Positions 1-9,700 of a DNA stretch of 32,537 nt are shown piece after piece. Every line of letters starts with the position of its first letter. The stretch's first letter is position 1. This DNA is from Verrucomicrobiales bacterium (GTDB taxonomy: Bacteria > Verrucomicrobiota > Verrucomicrobiia > Limisphaerales > UBA1100). The notes beneath the pieces were generated by a model. The model saw only the letters and a program-made list of their open reading frames with translations, was not told where the DNA came from and did no database searches. The DNA is taken from assembly GCA_002728775.1 (NCBI GenBank), contig PBVU01000062.1, positions 1-32,537 on the forward strand, in the 5' to 3' direction. The position numbers and the translations under genes were made by a program.

Positions 1-540
1 CAGGGAATTATCGCGGGCGGAACACAGGCACTAACACGGGCGGTCGAGGGGGCGGAAGACGACGGCGAAGCAGGCGGACGAGCGGTGGTATTTCGCGGAG
101 TGGGAAAGCGGGACTTGGTGGTGGGTGTCGCGGCAAGCGGCCGCACCCCATTTGTCTGGGGCGCGATGAAGGAAGCCGCGAGGCGAGGTGCACGAACAGC
201 GCTGGTGTGTTTCAACCCAACAGTGAAGCGTCGCGCGGGGGTACCCAAGATGATCATGGCACCAGCGGTGGGGCCGGAAGTCTTGACGGGTTCAACGCGA
301 TTGAAGGCGGGAACGGCAACCAAGCTGATCCTGAACTGCATCACCACTCTGGCTATGGTACGCCTTGGCAAAGTGGCTGGCAACTTGATGATCGACTTGG
401 ATCCGCGAAACGAAAAGCTTCGCGCACGTGCCATTGGCATTGTCTCGAAACTGTCCGGAGTCGAGGCGGCTGTTGCGCAATCGGCCTTGGAGCAGGAGGG
501 GTGGGTGATTCGGCGGGCCCTGCGGCGGCTCAGCGATTAA
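1..540 (+). CDS. murQ: N-acetylmuramic acid 6-phosphate etherase, 5' end outside window
   Basis: Frame is open from base 1 (QGIIAGG...AVEGAED). SIS-domain motifs VVGVAASGRTP, GPEVLTGSTRLKAGTATKLILN and GNLMID...NEKL are characteristic of MurQ. TAA at 538-540. Confidence 0.95.
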   Translation, partial: QGIIAGGTQALTRAVEGAEDDGEAGGRAVVFRGVGKRDLVVGVAASGRTPFVWGAMKEAARRGARTALVCFNPTVKRRAGVPKMIMAPAVGPEVLTGSTRLKAGTATKLILNCITTLAMVRLGKVAGNLMIDLDPRNEKLRARAIGIVSKLSGVEAAVAQSALEQEGWVIRRALRRLSD

Positions 541-1489
541 ACCGCTTGACCAGCAGCCGGCTCCGGGAGGCTTCCAGCGCCATGCTGAAATCATCGTAGC
601 TCTGGAATCGCCGGTTGGGGTCTTTCTCCATGGCGTTGCAGATGGCGTTGCTGGTGTCTTTACTGATCTCGGACTGAACCTTGTGCGGCGGCTTGAGGCG
701 CGACTTGACGTGGGCCCAAACGGTTTCCTCCACGGTGGGCATGTCGTAGGGCACCTGGCCAGTGGCGGCGTGATACATGGTAGCCGCAAGGCTATACATG
801 TCCGAGCGCCAATCCTGCCAATGCTCCGAGACTCGCTCGGGAGCGATGTAAAACGGCGTGCCCATAAGGCCCTCCCGGTCGCGCCGATCGCCCACCTTCT
901 TGGCGATGCCAAAGTCCGTCAGCTTGGGCTCGCCATCGGCGTTGTAAAGAATGTTGCTGGGTTTGATATCCAAATGCATCAGTTCCTTATTGCGGAGCAC
1001 CTCAAGGGCACCACTCATTTTGATGCCCACGTCCAACACATAAAGTTCATCCACGCGGCCATGTTGCTCAATGCGGTCATCCAGATCGCCGCGGTCGGCC
1101 ACCTCCATGACGAGATATTTGCGGCCCTCGGCCTCGTCATAGTTGAAGATGTTGATGATGTTGGTGTGGTTGAGCGAGGCTTGGAAACGCGCCTCGCGGT
1201 AAAAGTTGGCCATGGCCTGCTCGTCGCGCTGGATGTCCGCCGCCATGAGCTTCACGGCCACCTCCCGCTCGAGGATGGTGTCCATGGCACGGTAAACCAT
1301 GGCCATGCCGCCGGACCCAATGACCGACCTCAGCTCAAACTGCCTGAGGCGCACGGGGGTAATGACCGGATGGCGACAATTCTGGCAGGGCACCGCCTGA
1401 AACTTGGGTAGGCTGGCGGGCACAAAGTTGGGCGTGCGACAGCGATCGCACGGAACCATCTGCATGGCTTGTCTGGCCGTATCGGTCAT
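530..1489 (-). CDS. Hanks-type Ser/Thr protein kinase with N-terminal Zn-ribbon, soluble
   Basis: Kinase motifs IGSGGMAMVY, VAVK, HLDIKPSNIL, DFG, GTPFYIAPE and SDMYSL. N-terminal CDRC...CQNC pair. No transmembrane segment. Confidence 0.93.
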   Translation of the reverse strand: MTDTARQAMQMVPCDRCRTPNFVPASLPKFQAVPCQNCRHPVITPVRLRQFELRSVIGSGGMAMVYRAMDTILEREVAVKLMAADIQRDEQAMANFYREARFQASLNHTNIINIFNYDEAEGRKYLVMEVADRGDLDDRIEQHGRVDELYVLDVGIKMSGALEVLRNKELMHLDIKPSNILYNADGEPKLTDFGIAKKVGDRRDREGLMGTPFYIAPERVSEHWQDWRSDMYSLAATMYHAATGQVPYDMPTVEETVWAHVKSRLKPPHKVQSEISKDTSNAICNAMEKDPNRRFQSYDDFSMALEASRSRLLVKRFNR

Positions 1490-1587
1490 CCGTTGGGGGA
1501 ACCTCTGGGCACGTTCTGACAGAAACCCGGTGGCCGCGCAATCCCGAAAAGCCTCCGCGTGCCCATTCCCGCTTTAAATGAATTACA

Positions 1588-1616
1588 TTGACCCGACGCG
1601 CGATCATTTGTACAAA
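1588..1616 (+). promoter_or_regulatory. Possible sigma70-type promoter for the transporter gene
   Basis: TTGACC (1588-1593), 17-nt spacer, TACAAA (1611-1616), in an AT-richer divergent intergenic region. The -10 match is weak. Confidence 0.3.
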
Positions 1617-1659
1617 TATCCCTACCCACGAAACCCGGCCTCCCCAACCTACAAGACCC

Positions 1660-4044
1660 ATGCGCCTGACCTCGTCCCTCCTGCTGACTCTGCTTGCTGC
1701 CGGGTTTCTGGCCGCCGTCTGGGCGCCCGCCAGCCACGCCGCCGAAACAGACCCGCCTTTCAGCGGAACATTGACTGTCAATGAACCGGATGGCCGCACC
1801 CGCACGGCGACCTACACCAAGGGCCTCCTTATCTCCGCAACCGAACTACTGGAGAATGGCACGATCCAGATCGAGCGCACATTCAAGAACGGCCGAGAGA
1901 TAAAACGTGTTGGTACCCGCAACGGCAATCCGTGGTTTGAGATTGAATTTGCCCAACCGCCCGCCACCCCAGAGACAGCTGTCGCACCGCCAGTCATCCC
2001 GGCGCAACCCCGACCACCCGAGACCGTTGTTGATCCACCCGGGCCGCCCACGCCCACCAAGCCCACTTTGCCTCCTCCCCTAACCACCGACACCGCGCCC
2101 ACGGCGCCAGCCGCCACGACTCCAGACAATACAACACAGCCGGAAACCGCCCAGCCCGGGCCGGAAACATCCCCCGCCCCGGCCACCAGCCAACCCGAAG
2201 ACAACGCAACAACTTCCGCTCCCGGCACATCCCCCCAGACCGCCGAGGCAAACAGTACCGCTCCGCAGGACAACACCGAGCCCGGGACACCTCTCACCCC
2301 AGCAACTCCTGAGACCGCAACTGACCCCGAAAACAACAAAACCTCTGAGCCCGTCGAACCAGCGCCAGCCTCCCCGGAAGAACCGAAAACCCAAACAAAA
2401 ACTGACGACGGCGAACATGCCGATGGCCATCACGTCCGAGGCGACAAGCTGAGCGCGTTGTGGATCATCCCCTTCGCCGGCATGCTGCTTTCCATCGCCA
2501 TCTTCCCCCTTGTGGCCCCTCATTTTTGGCATGGCAATTACGGCAAAGTGGCCGCTGGCTGGATCGTCGTGTTTTGCATTCCGTTCCTGGCCACCTATAA
2601 GGGCGACGCTTTATACGAAATTTTGCACATTGTCCTACTCGACTACGTACCGTTCATCATCCTGCTCACCGCGCTCTTCACCGCAGCCGGCGGTATTTGC
2701 CTCAAGGGCTCCCTGCGCGGTTCCCCGGCGGTCAATACGCTCATCCTTTTCATCGGTACCGTTCTGGCAAGCTGGATGGGTACCACCGGCGCAGCCATGC
2801 TGCTCATTCGCCCCATCCTTCGCGCCAACGCCTGGCGCAAGCATCAGGTTCATGTGGTGGTCTTCTTCATTTTCCTCGTCGCCAACATCGGCGGCTCCCT
2901 CACCCCCTTGGGCGATCCACCGCTATTTCTTGGGTTTTTAAAAGGCGTCGATTTCTTCTGGACCATGAAACTCCTGCCCGTCATGGCCCCTCTCGCCGTT
3001 GTGCTGCTGGTTGTCTTTTTTATCTTTGACTCCATCAAGTTCAAGGACGAGGGGCCACCGCCCGATGATGGCGAGAAACAACCCCTCAAGCTCGAGGGCA
3101 CGTTTAATTTTGTCATGATCGCCTGCATCATTGGCGCGATCCTTTTCTCCAAGTCACTCGCCGACGGCACGTTCAAGGATCCTGAAGTAGGCAAAAAAAT
3201 GGCGCCTCAAATCGAGCAGGCCGAGGCGAAGATGAAAATGGCCAAGGATGATTTGAAAGCCTACACGGAGGCCAACCCCGAGGGTCCTTTCGACGAATCC
3301 AACCCGGAATACTTCAACCTCCGCAAAGGGCACCTGCACGCCGTGGCCGACGTCAATGCCCGCCGCGCCAAAAAAACCCACGACGAGACCAAAGGCCTGC
3401 ACATTTACGGGGTGATCGTCCCCTACTCCAACCTTGTCCGTGACGGACTCATGCTCGTCATCGCGCTGATTAGCCTGTGGTACACCCCCATGTACCGCAC
3501 CGAGAAGGATGATCACGGCCACGAAGTGCCCGCGCCCGGCGAGGAGGAAACCAACATCCGCGCCGCCAACGGTTTCACCTGGGAACCCATTCTCGAGGTG
3601 GCCAAGCTGTTCATCGCTATCTTCATCTGCATGATTCCCGCTCTGAAAATCCTGCAGGCCGGGGTGGACGGTGAACTGAAGAGTGTGGTGCTGGCCGTGC
3701 AATCCGAGACCAATGATCCCATCAACATGATGTACTTCTGGCTCACCGGCGTGCTGTCCAGTTTTCTGGACAACGCGCCAACCTACGTCGTGTTCTTCAA
3801 CACTGCCGGCGGTGATCCCACCACCCTGATGGGGCCCATGGCCCAGACCCTTCTGGCCATCAGTTGCGGCGCCGTGTTCATGGGCGCCAACACCTACATC
3901 GGCAACGCCCCCAACTTCATGGTCAAGGCCATCGCCGAGGAGAACGGCGTCAAGATGCCCAGTTTCTTCGGCTACATGGCATGGAGCGTGGCGATTCTGA
4001 TACCGCCGTTTATTCTGGTAACACTGGTCTACTTCCGAAGCTGA
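1660..4044 (+). CDS. Ion transporter (IT) superfamily protein, putative Na+/H+ antiporter (CitMHS_2/NhaD-like), with long exported N-terminal extension
   Basis: Multi-TM core with ASWMGTTGAAMLLIRP, VANIGGSLTPLGDPPLFLGFLKGV, LSSFLDNAPTY and GANTYIGNAPNFMVKAIAE...MPSFFGY. Start moved to ATG 1660, which begins a signal peptide (MRLTSS...APASHA). Confidence 0.88.
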   Translation: MRLTSSLLLTLLAAGFLAAVWAPASHAAETDPPFSGTLTVNEPDGRTRTATYTKGLLISATELLENGTIQIERTFKNGREIKRVGTRNGNPWFEIEFAQPPATPETAVAPPVIPAQPRPPETVVDPPGPPTPTKPTLPPPLTTDTAPTAPAATTPDNTTQPETAQPGPETSPAPATSQPEDNATTSAPGTSPQTAEANSTAPQDNTEPGTPLTPATPETATDPENNKTSEPVEPAPASPEEPKTQTKTDDGEHADGHHVRGDKLSALWIIPFAGMLLSIAIFPLVAPHFWHGNYGKVAAGWIVVFCIPFLATYKGDALYEILHIVLLDYVPFIILLTALFTAAGGICLKGSLRGSPAVNTLILFIGTVLASWMGTTGAAMLLIRPILRANAWRKHQVHVVVFFIFLVANIGGSLTPLGDPPLFLGFLKGVDFFWTMKLLPVMAPLAVVLLVVFFIFDSIKFKDEGPPPDDGEKQPLKLEGTFNFVMIACIIGAILFSKSLADGTFKDPEVGKKMAPQIEQAEAKMKMAKDDLKAYTEANPEGPFDESNPEYFNLRKGHLHAVADVNARRAKKTHDETKGLHIYGVIVPYSNLVRDGLMLVIALISLWYTPMYRTEKDDHGHEVPAPGEEETNIRAANGFTWEPILEVAKLFIAIFICMIPALKILQAGVDGELKSVVLAVQSETNDPINMMYFWLTGVLSSFLDNAPTYVVFFNTAGGDPTTLMGPMAQTLLAISCGAVFMGANTYIGNAPNFMVKAIAEENGVKMPSFFGYMAWSVAILIPPFILVTLVYFRS
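1960..2400 (+). repeat. Low-complexity Pro/Thr/Glu/Ala coding linker with imperfect repeats (PDNTT, EDNAT, EANST, QDNTE, ENNKT; PGTSP/PETSP/PGTP)
   Basis: Seen directly in the translation of the transporter N-terminus. Confidence 0.7.
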
Positions 4045-4099
4045 TTCGAAAGGACCGGCTCGACCCCCAGCCTCGTTTGTGGCAGAAAGCCGCCCGCGC

Positions 4100-5401
4100 A
4101 TGCGGTTGCTTTACAACATCCTGTTCCCCCTCTTCTTCCTGTTTAGCGCGCCCTTTTATTTTTGGAAACTCCACCGCAGAGGCAATTGGCGGCAAGGCTT
4201 TGGCCAGCGGTTTGGCCGACACGATGACACGTTGAAACAAGCCCTTACCGGCCAGCGCGTCCTTTGGCTGCATGCCGTCAGTGTCGGGGAAGCCCTGCTT
4301 TGTGCGCGGCTGGTTGAAGTGTTGCGGAACGAATTCAAGGACTGGGCGCTGGTCGTCTCCACCACCACAACCACCGGGATGGGGGAACTGGAAAAACAAC
4401 TGCCGCCGGAAATTCACCGGATCTATTTCCCAATCGATCTAGCTCCCTGCGTCGCCGCCACCTTCAACACCATTCAGCCCGATGCCATCATTCTGGTTGA
4501 AGCGGAGATTTGGCCGAATTTCCTTTGGCGCGCCCGCCGCAACAACATCCCGGTGATCCTCGCCAACGCCCGTCTGTCCGACCGCTCGCAGCAGGGCTAC
4601 CGCCGGTTTGGTTTCCTTTTTCGAGAACTCTTCGCCGCCCTTGCTGCGGTTGGGGCACAGAATGAAAATGATGCCCGTAGGCTCAGTGAAATTGGTTGCC
4701 ACAGCGATGTGATCGAAATCACCGGCAGCATGAAATTTGACGGCGCAGCCGCTTCCAAAGAAAGCACCGTTGACGTGCCCAAGTTGCTCCGCAAACTCTG
4801 CACCAAAGACAACCCGCCTGTGTTGGTTGGCGGCAGCACTCACGAGGGCGAGGAACGTCTGCTCGCTGAAATGTTTCCGCGATTAAAGAAGATCTGCCCC
4901 GGCCTGTTGCTGGTGCTTGTGCCACGGCACTTTGAACGCGCGCGCGCCGTGGGCGAACAACTCCAAATGCTGGGCCAAGCCTACTGTCTCCGCTGTGAAC
5001 TGAACAAGCCCACCGAAGCGGATTGCCTGGTGGTCGACAGCACGGGCGAACTGATGTCCTTCTATGAGACAGCAACCGTGGTCTTTGTGGGCAAAAGCAT
5101 TACCGCGCGTGGCGGGCAAAACCCGATCGAACCGGCCGCTCTGGGACGACCTATGGTGTTCGGCCCTCATATGCAGAACTTCCGGGCCGTGGCCCACGAC
5201 TTCCTCGATGCCTCGGCCGCAGTTCAGATACAGAATGCCTCTGAATTGGAACCCGCCATTGCCGACCTCCTGAAGAATTCCGAAAAAAGAACCGCTCTGG
5301 GCGAAAACGCCCAAGCGGTCGTAGCCGCCAATCAAGGGGCCACCGGCCGCACTGCCGACATGGCAGCGCGTGTGCTGAAATCTCTCGACGAACCAGCCTA
5401 G
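4100..5401 (+). CDS. waaA: 3-deoxy-D-manno-octulosonic acid (Kdo) transferase
   Basis: Motifs WLHAVSVGE, STTTTTG, EAEIWPN, NARLS, GGSTHEGEE, LVPRHFER, GGQNPIEPA and GPHMQNF. Start at ATG 4100 (MRLLYNILF) preferred over GTG 4079. Confidence 0.96.
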   Translation: MRLLYNILFPLFFLFSAPFYFWKLHRRGNWRQGFGQRFGRHDDTLKQALTGQRVLWLHAVSVGEALLCARLVEVLRNEFKDWALVVSTTTTTGMGELEKQLPPEIHRIYFPIDLAPCVAATFNTIQPDAIILVEAEIWPNFLWRARRNNIPVILANARLSDRSQQGYRRFGFLFRELFAALAAVGAQNENDARRLSEIGCHSDVIEITGSMKFDGAAASKESTVDVPKLLRKLCTKDNPPVLVGGSTHEGEERLLAEMFPRLKKICPGLLLVLVPRHFERARAVGEQLQMLGQAYCLRCELNKPTEADCLVVDSTGELMSFYETATVVFVGKSITARGGQNPIEPAALGRPMVFGPHMQNFRAVAHDFLDASAAVQIQNASELEPAIADLLKNSEKRTALGENAQAVVAANQGATGRTADMAARVLKSLDEPA

Positions 5402-5715
5402 ACAGTCGCAACCGCCTTGGCACGCGCGCGCATCATCTTCTTGATGCCATCGCGCTGGCCATCCTGCAGCATTCGCCACATTTGGATGACCTCCTCGTGC
5501 GTCACGTTCTTGCGGATCATCCGCTTCGCGTCTTCACCGTTGTAAAACTCGACGAATCCGTTTTCGTAAACGTCCAGTTTCCACCCTTCATCATCATGCA
5601 GTTGGATGTTGAGGTACTCCGTGCCTGGAGTCTCAAGCTCCTCCAGGATCGACAGAACTTCACCCGTGCTCGGGTCCGTATAAACCACGCCTTGCTTGGC
5701 GAGATAAGTTGTCAT
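5398..5715 (-). CDS. Small acidic hypothetical protein (105 aa)
   Basis: Globular-looking composition (EYLNIQLHDDEGWKLDVYENGFVEFYN...EEVIQMWRML). ATG 5715 is preceded by a G-rich tract. Its stop codon overlaps the waaA stop. Confidence 0.7.
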   Translation of the reverse strand: MTTYLAKQGVVYTDPSTGEVLSILEELETPGTEYLNIQLHDDEGWKLDVYENGFVEFYNGEDAKRMIRKNVTHEEVIQMWRMLQDGQRDGIKKMMRARAKAVATV

Positions 5716-5851
5716 TTCCACCCCCCCTTGTTGTTGTTCCCTTGTACTTTTCGCAGGCGAAAACCTGCCTCCTTGACCGACTAAAGAAGATAATTGTCCG
5801 TGGGTCAAGCTTAAAGACTTTTCATCCTCCTTAAAATTGAAAACGGATGTA

Positions 5852-6736
5852 TTATAAAAGATCAGGTTGCCGCGCGGACTCTAGTTCGGTCAAAAACCCG
5901 CGGAACCCCCAGCGCGTGTACAGGGCGTGAAGGCGGGCATAATCGCCGTCACTGGGAACCAGACTGGCAGGTGCCGTGGGAACAGGAAGATCTTCACGCA
6001 GCCGAACAAGATCTTGATTGCGTCGCAGGTCATCCGCCAGTTCGCGCAACGGCTCCCGGAAGCGCTCTGGCGTCACCTCGTCAATCCCCTCCAGCAACGC
6101 ATCCAGCGTTCCAAATTTTGCAAGCCACTTGGCCGCCGTCTTGGGGCCGACGCCGGACACACCGGGAATATCATCCACCGCATCACCCACGAGGCTGAGC
6201 CAGTCAACAATCTGCTCGGGCCTCACTCCGGTCTTGTCGAAGACCTGGCCGTCGCTCCAGATGACACCTGTCTTGTCGTTAGGGTTCAGCAGGCCAATTC
6301 GATCATTGATAAGCTGAAAAAAATCCTTGTCTGCACTGGCAATTACCACTGCCTGACCGGAAGCCTCGGCACGCCGGGCGAGGGTGGCGATAATGTCATC
6401 CGCCTCCACACCCTCCTCACAAATGGAAGCAATCCCAGATGCCTCAAGCCATTCCACCATGCCATCCAATTGCGCCTCCATGGCATCGGGCATCGGGTCA
6501 CGCTCGGACTTGTAACCCGGCAACATCTCCGTCCGCTCCTCATCCAAGCCCCCGTCCCAAACCACTGCGATCTGCGTGGGCTCCACTCGCTCACGATCAC
6601 GATGGAACGCTTTCAGGAACCCAAAGATCGCGTTCGTGGGGGCACCATCCGGCCCCGTCAGGTTTCGAATGGCATAGAAGGCGCGATAGGCGGCGGCGTG
6701 GCCGTCGATCAGTAGCAGAGTCTCGCGGTCGGGCAT
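5852..6736 (-). CDS. Stand-alone 5'-3' exonuclease / flap endonuclease (PolA N-terminal domain homolog)
   Basis: Motifs LLIDGH, VVWDG, YKSER, GVEADDIIATL and SADKDFFQL, plus the H3TH motif LVGDAVDDIPGVSGVGPKTA. No polymerase domain follows. Confidence 0.94.
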   Translation of the reverse strand: MPDRETLLLIDGHAAAYRAFYAIRNLTGPDGAPTNAIFGFLKAFHRDRERVEPTQIAVVWDGGLDEERTEMLPGYKSERDPMPDAMEAQLDGMVEWLEASGIASICEEGVEADDIIATLARRAEASGQAVVIASADKDFFQLINDRIGLLNPNDKTGVIWSDGQVFDKTGVRPEQIVDWLSLVGDAVDDIPGVSGVGPKTAAKWLAKFGTLDALLEGIDEVTPERFREPLRELADDLRRNQDLVRLREDLPVPTAPASLVPSDGDYARLHALYTRWGFRGFLTELESARQPDLL

Positions 6737-6740
6737 GACC

Positions 6741-9700
6741 TCAAGGCTGCAGGCCGAGGTGATTGGGAACCTCGCCCTCGGGCTGGCGCATGAAAGGCAG
6801 TGTTTCCTCGGTATTCACGGGGTTGCCCGCAGGATCCACGATGGTGCTGGTCACGTAAATGTTCATGTTCTTCTTCTTTCGCTGCGTGCTCTCGCCGCGG
6901 AACAAGCCGCCGATGAAAGGCATGTCGCCGAGGAACGGCAGGCTGTCCTTGTGGGAAATAACCGTCTCGGAAATCATACCGCCAATGGAAATGGTGTAGC
7001 CATCCCAAACCACGCAGTCAACATTCACGGTGCGAGTGCGAAAACGCGGCAGCGCAATGGGCTGGGTGACCACGTTGCCGCCGGCAAAGGCGGTGGCCTC
7101 AAAGGAGGTATCCTCATAGCCGAGGAACTCTGTGAACGTCGGCTGCACCTGCATTTCAATGGTGAACATGTCAGAGCCCACATAGGGAACCGCGGCAAAT
7201 TGCGGACCGAAGTTGCCGGAGGAAATGTTGGGCATCATCGCCCCCGCACCTCCGCCGCCAAACTGGCCGGGCGTAAAGGCGGGGGTGACGCCGGTCACAA
7301 TGTAGCGTTGGTCCTGTACATTCAACTGGGCCGGCCGGCCGCTGACCGTGATGATCTCGGGCGAGGAAAGCACATCAACGCCCTCCTTGTCGCTCATGGC
7401 ATTGAGCACCATGCGGAACTGCGGGTCCGTCAGGATGCCCGTGAGCGTAAGCATCGGATTGCCATGCTGCTTGAAATTGGACGTGAGATGATTGTCCGTG
7501 GACTTGGGCGGGATCGAGTTGGGCGAAGGCACGAACTGATTACCCTGCAGGATGCCGGGGAATGGAAAAAATCCACTCGGATTGTTGGCCGTGGGCTGGC
7601 CGATGTAGGTAGGTGCCGTACCGGGCGCGACGATCAACTTCTCCCCGCCAATGCCGAGGTTGCCCAGATACCACTCAAAGCCGAGGGCATCGTTGTCGTC
7701 ATACTCAATCTCGGCAAATTTTGCCTTCATCTTCACGAGCGGCGCGGTGGCGTTGAACACATCCAGAATCTGTTCCACCATTTCCAGGTCGCTCAAGGGA
7801 CCACGCACCAGCATGATGCCGCGCCGGTCATTGAAGAATACGCGGACGTTCAGGCCATAGGTTTGTCGAAACAAATTCTCGATGGCCTGCGAGGCGGCTG
7901 TATTCGCCAGCAAAGCGTTGCCTCCGCCACCGGGGCCACCGCCCGGCGCACCGCCGCCGGGCCCGGGTCCACCGGGGCCAGGCGCGCCACCGCCAGGGCC
8001 GGGCGCAATGCCAAATTGCAGATCATTCCCAGTCTGCTTGTAGTAGGAACCATCGCCGCTCGCCGCTGGCCGGCCAACGTTGCCATTGAGTGAGACCTGC
8101 TGGGGCAGATTATGGGCCCGGACAGGGGTGAGCTTGACCCCCTCGTTTTTCAACTCGTCCAGCCGGGCCTTGTGATCCGGCAAGCCAAAGCCACTCATGA
8201 CTGCGCTGGCATTGATCTGAAATTTGCGGGTGAACATCTTCTCCTCTTCCGGCCCGCGATAGGCAAACGTAACCCCAAAACTTGATACCTGATGATGAAT
8301 GGGGACATTGAAGGATTCACTGATGGCCGCAATCAGTTCGCCGACATTCAGGCCGCGCAGGGGAGTGGTCAGGCCCCGGATTTGGACGTTACGAGGGTCA
8401 AAGGTTACTCCGTCTGCCAGTGATGGCGCTGGCTGGACGGGCTTGGGTTGGGGAGCCACGGGCGCGACAGGCACCGCCGGCTTTGCACCGGATGGTTGCC
8501 CAGCCGAAGCACTTCCCTCTGACGGGACATCCGGCAATAATGGCAAGCCAAAGGCGTCCACGCGCGGGCGAGGACCTCCGGCAAGTGGCAGCCCGACGGG
8601 ACGCTGGGCTTGCCGGGCTTTCTCCGGAATGGTCGTGTTGATACGGAAATTGATACCCCTTTTCTCCGGGTCAGCATCGCGCACGGCTTGATCCAAAAGG
8701 GTGACCACTTCATCCAAGGTTAGGCCATTGAGGGCCCGTATTTCCGGCACTTGGATAGATTGCAGCTTTTGATGAATGCGCGCCGCGCCAAGGTTTTGCT
8801 GCACGCTGGACTGGAACTTGGGCATCAGGCCGCCCATAGGCCCGCCACCGCCGCCAATGGGTGAGGACTGGATATTCAAGCCCTTAGGTCCGCGGTAGAA
8901 CGGGTTGGGCACGGGCAGGTCGTGCCGACGGTCGTCATCAATCCAGATCTCATTGACCTTGTGGACACGCTCGCGAAACTGCTGCTGGCGGCGTTTGTCG
9001 GTGATCTTGATGCGAACGTTGTGGATTTGCTTGAGATAATGCTCGGCACGCCCCTCCAGCGGGTCGAGGTAGATGACGCGCTCGAAATATTTGTAGGCGT
9101 TGTCGTAATCCTTGGCGTCGAAAAGAATCATCCCGTCGCGCAACAATCGTTCAATCTCCGCCTGGTTGCCCCTGATTTCCGCCAACCGCGTGAGGGCATC
9201 GCGCGAGGGACTGCGCCGCTTGAAGTCCGCCTTCATCCTTTCCACCTGCCGACCCAAGTCGGCGGCCTGTGCGAGGTAAAGCCGCGTTGATTCCGCCTCG
9301 GGCATCCACGCGCCCAACTCAGCCAAGGCGATCAAAGCCTCGTCGAATCGGCCATTGTCGCGCTGGTCTTGCAAAACTGAGCGAGCCCTCTGCAGCTGAA
9401 TACGGGTGAGGCCCTCCGCCAAGGGCTTGATTTCCGCGGCGGGCATGAAGGGCATTACTTCGTCATCCTGCATTTTCTTGAATGCGAAGATGTACATGTC
9501 CACGGCATCCTTGATGCGTCCCTCTTTTTCCGCGGTCTGCGCGGTCATGATCCACGTGTTGAGAAGATTGCGGTTCTCCTCAATTACTTCCGCTAAAAAG
9601 GGAGGGCCAATGGGCTCGGGCTGGGGAGGCTTGTTGGCGGCGGCACGGGCGGCCTCCAACCGGCGGCGCTCTTCCTGAATGATCCGGGGAATGTCCAGAT

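Noticed and set aside
3154-4101. 315-aa ORF on the - strand
   Set aside because: Antisense to the well-supported transporter C-terminus.
5852-6736. Truncated polA pseudogene
   Set aside because: The ORF ends cleanly after the nuclease domain with catalytic motifs intact, and no polymerase remnants follow. Stand-alone homologs are a known class.
6735-8093. 452-aa ORF on the + strand
   Set aside because: Antisense to the conserved secretin domain, with composition typical of a shadow frame.
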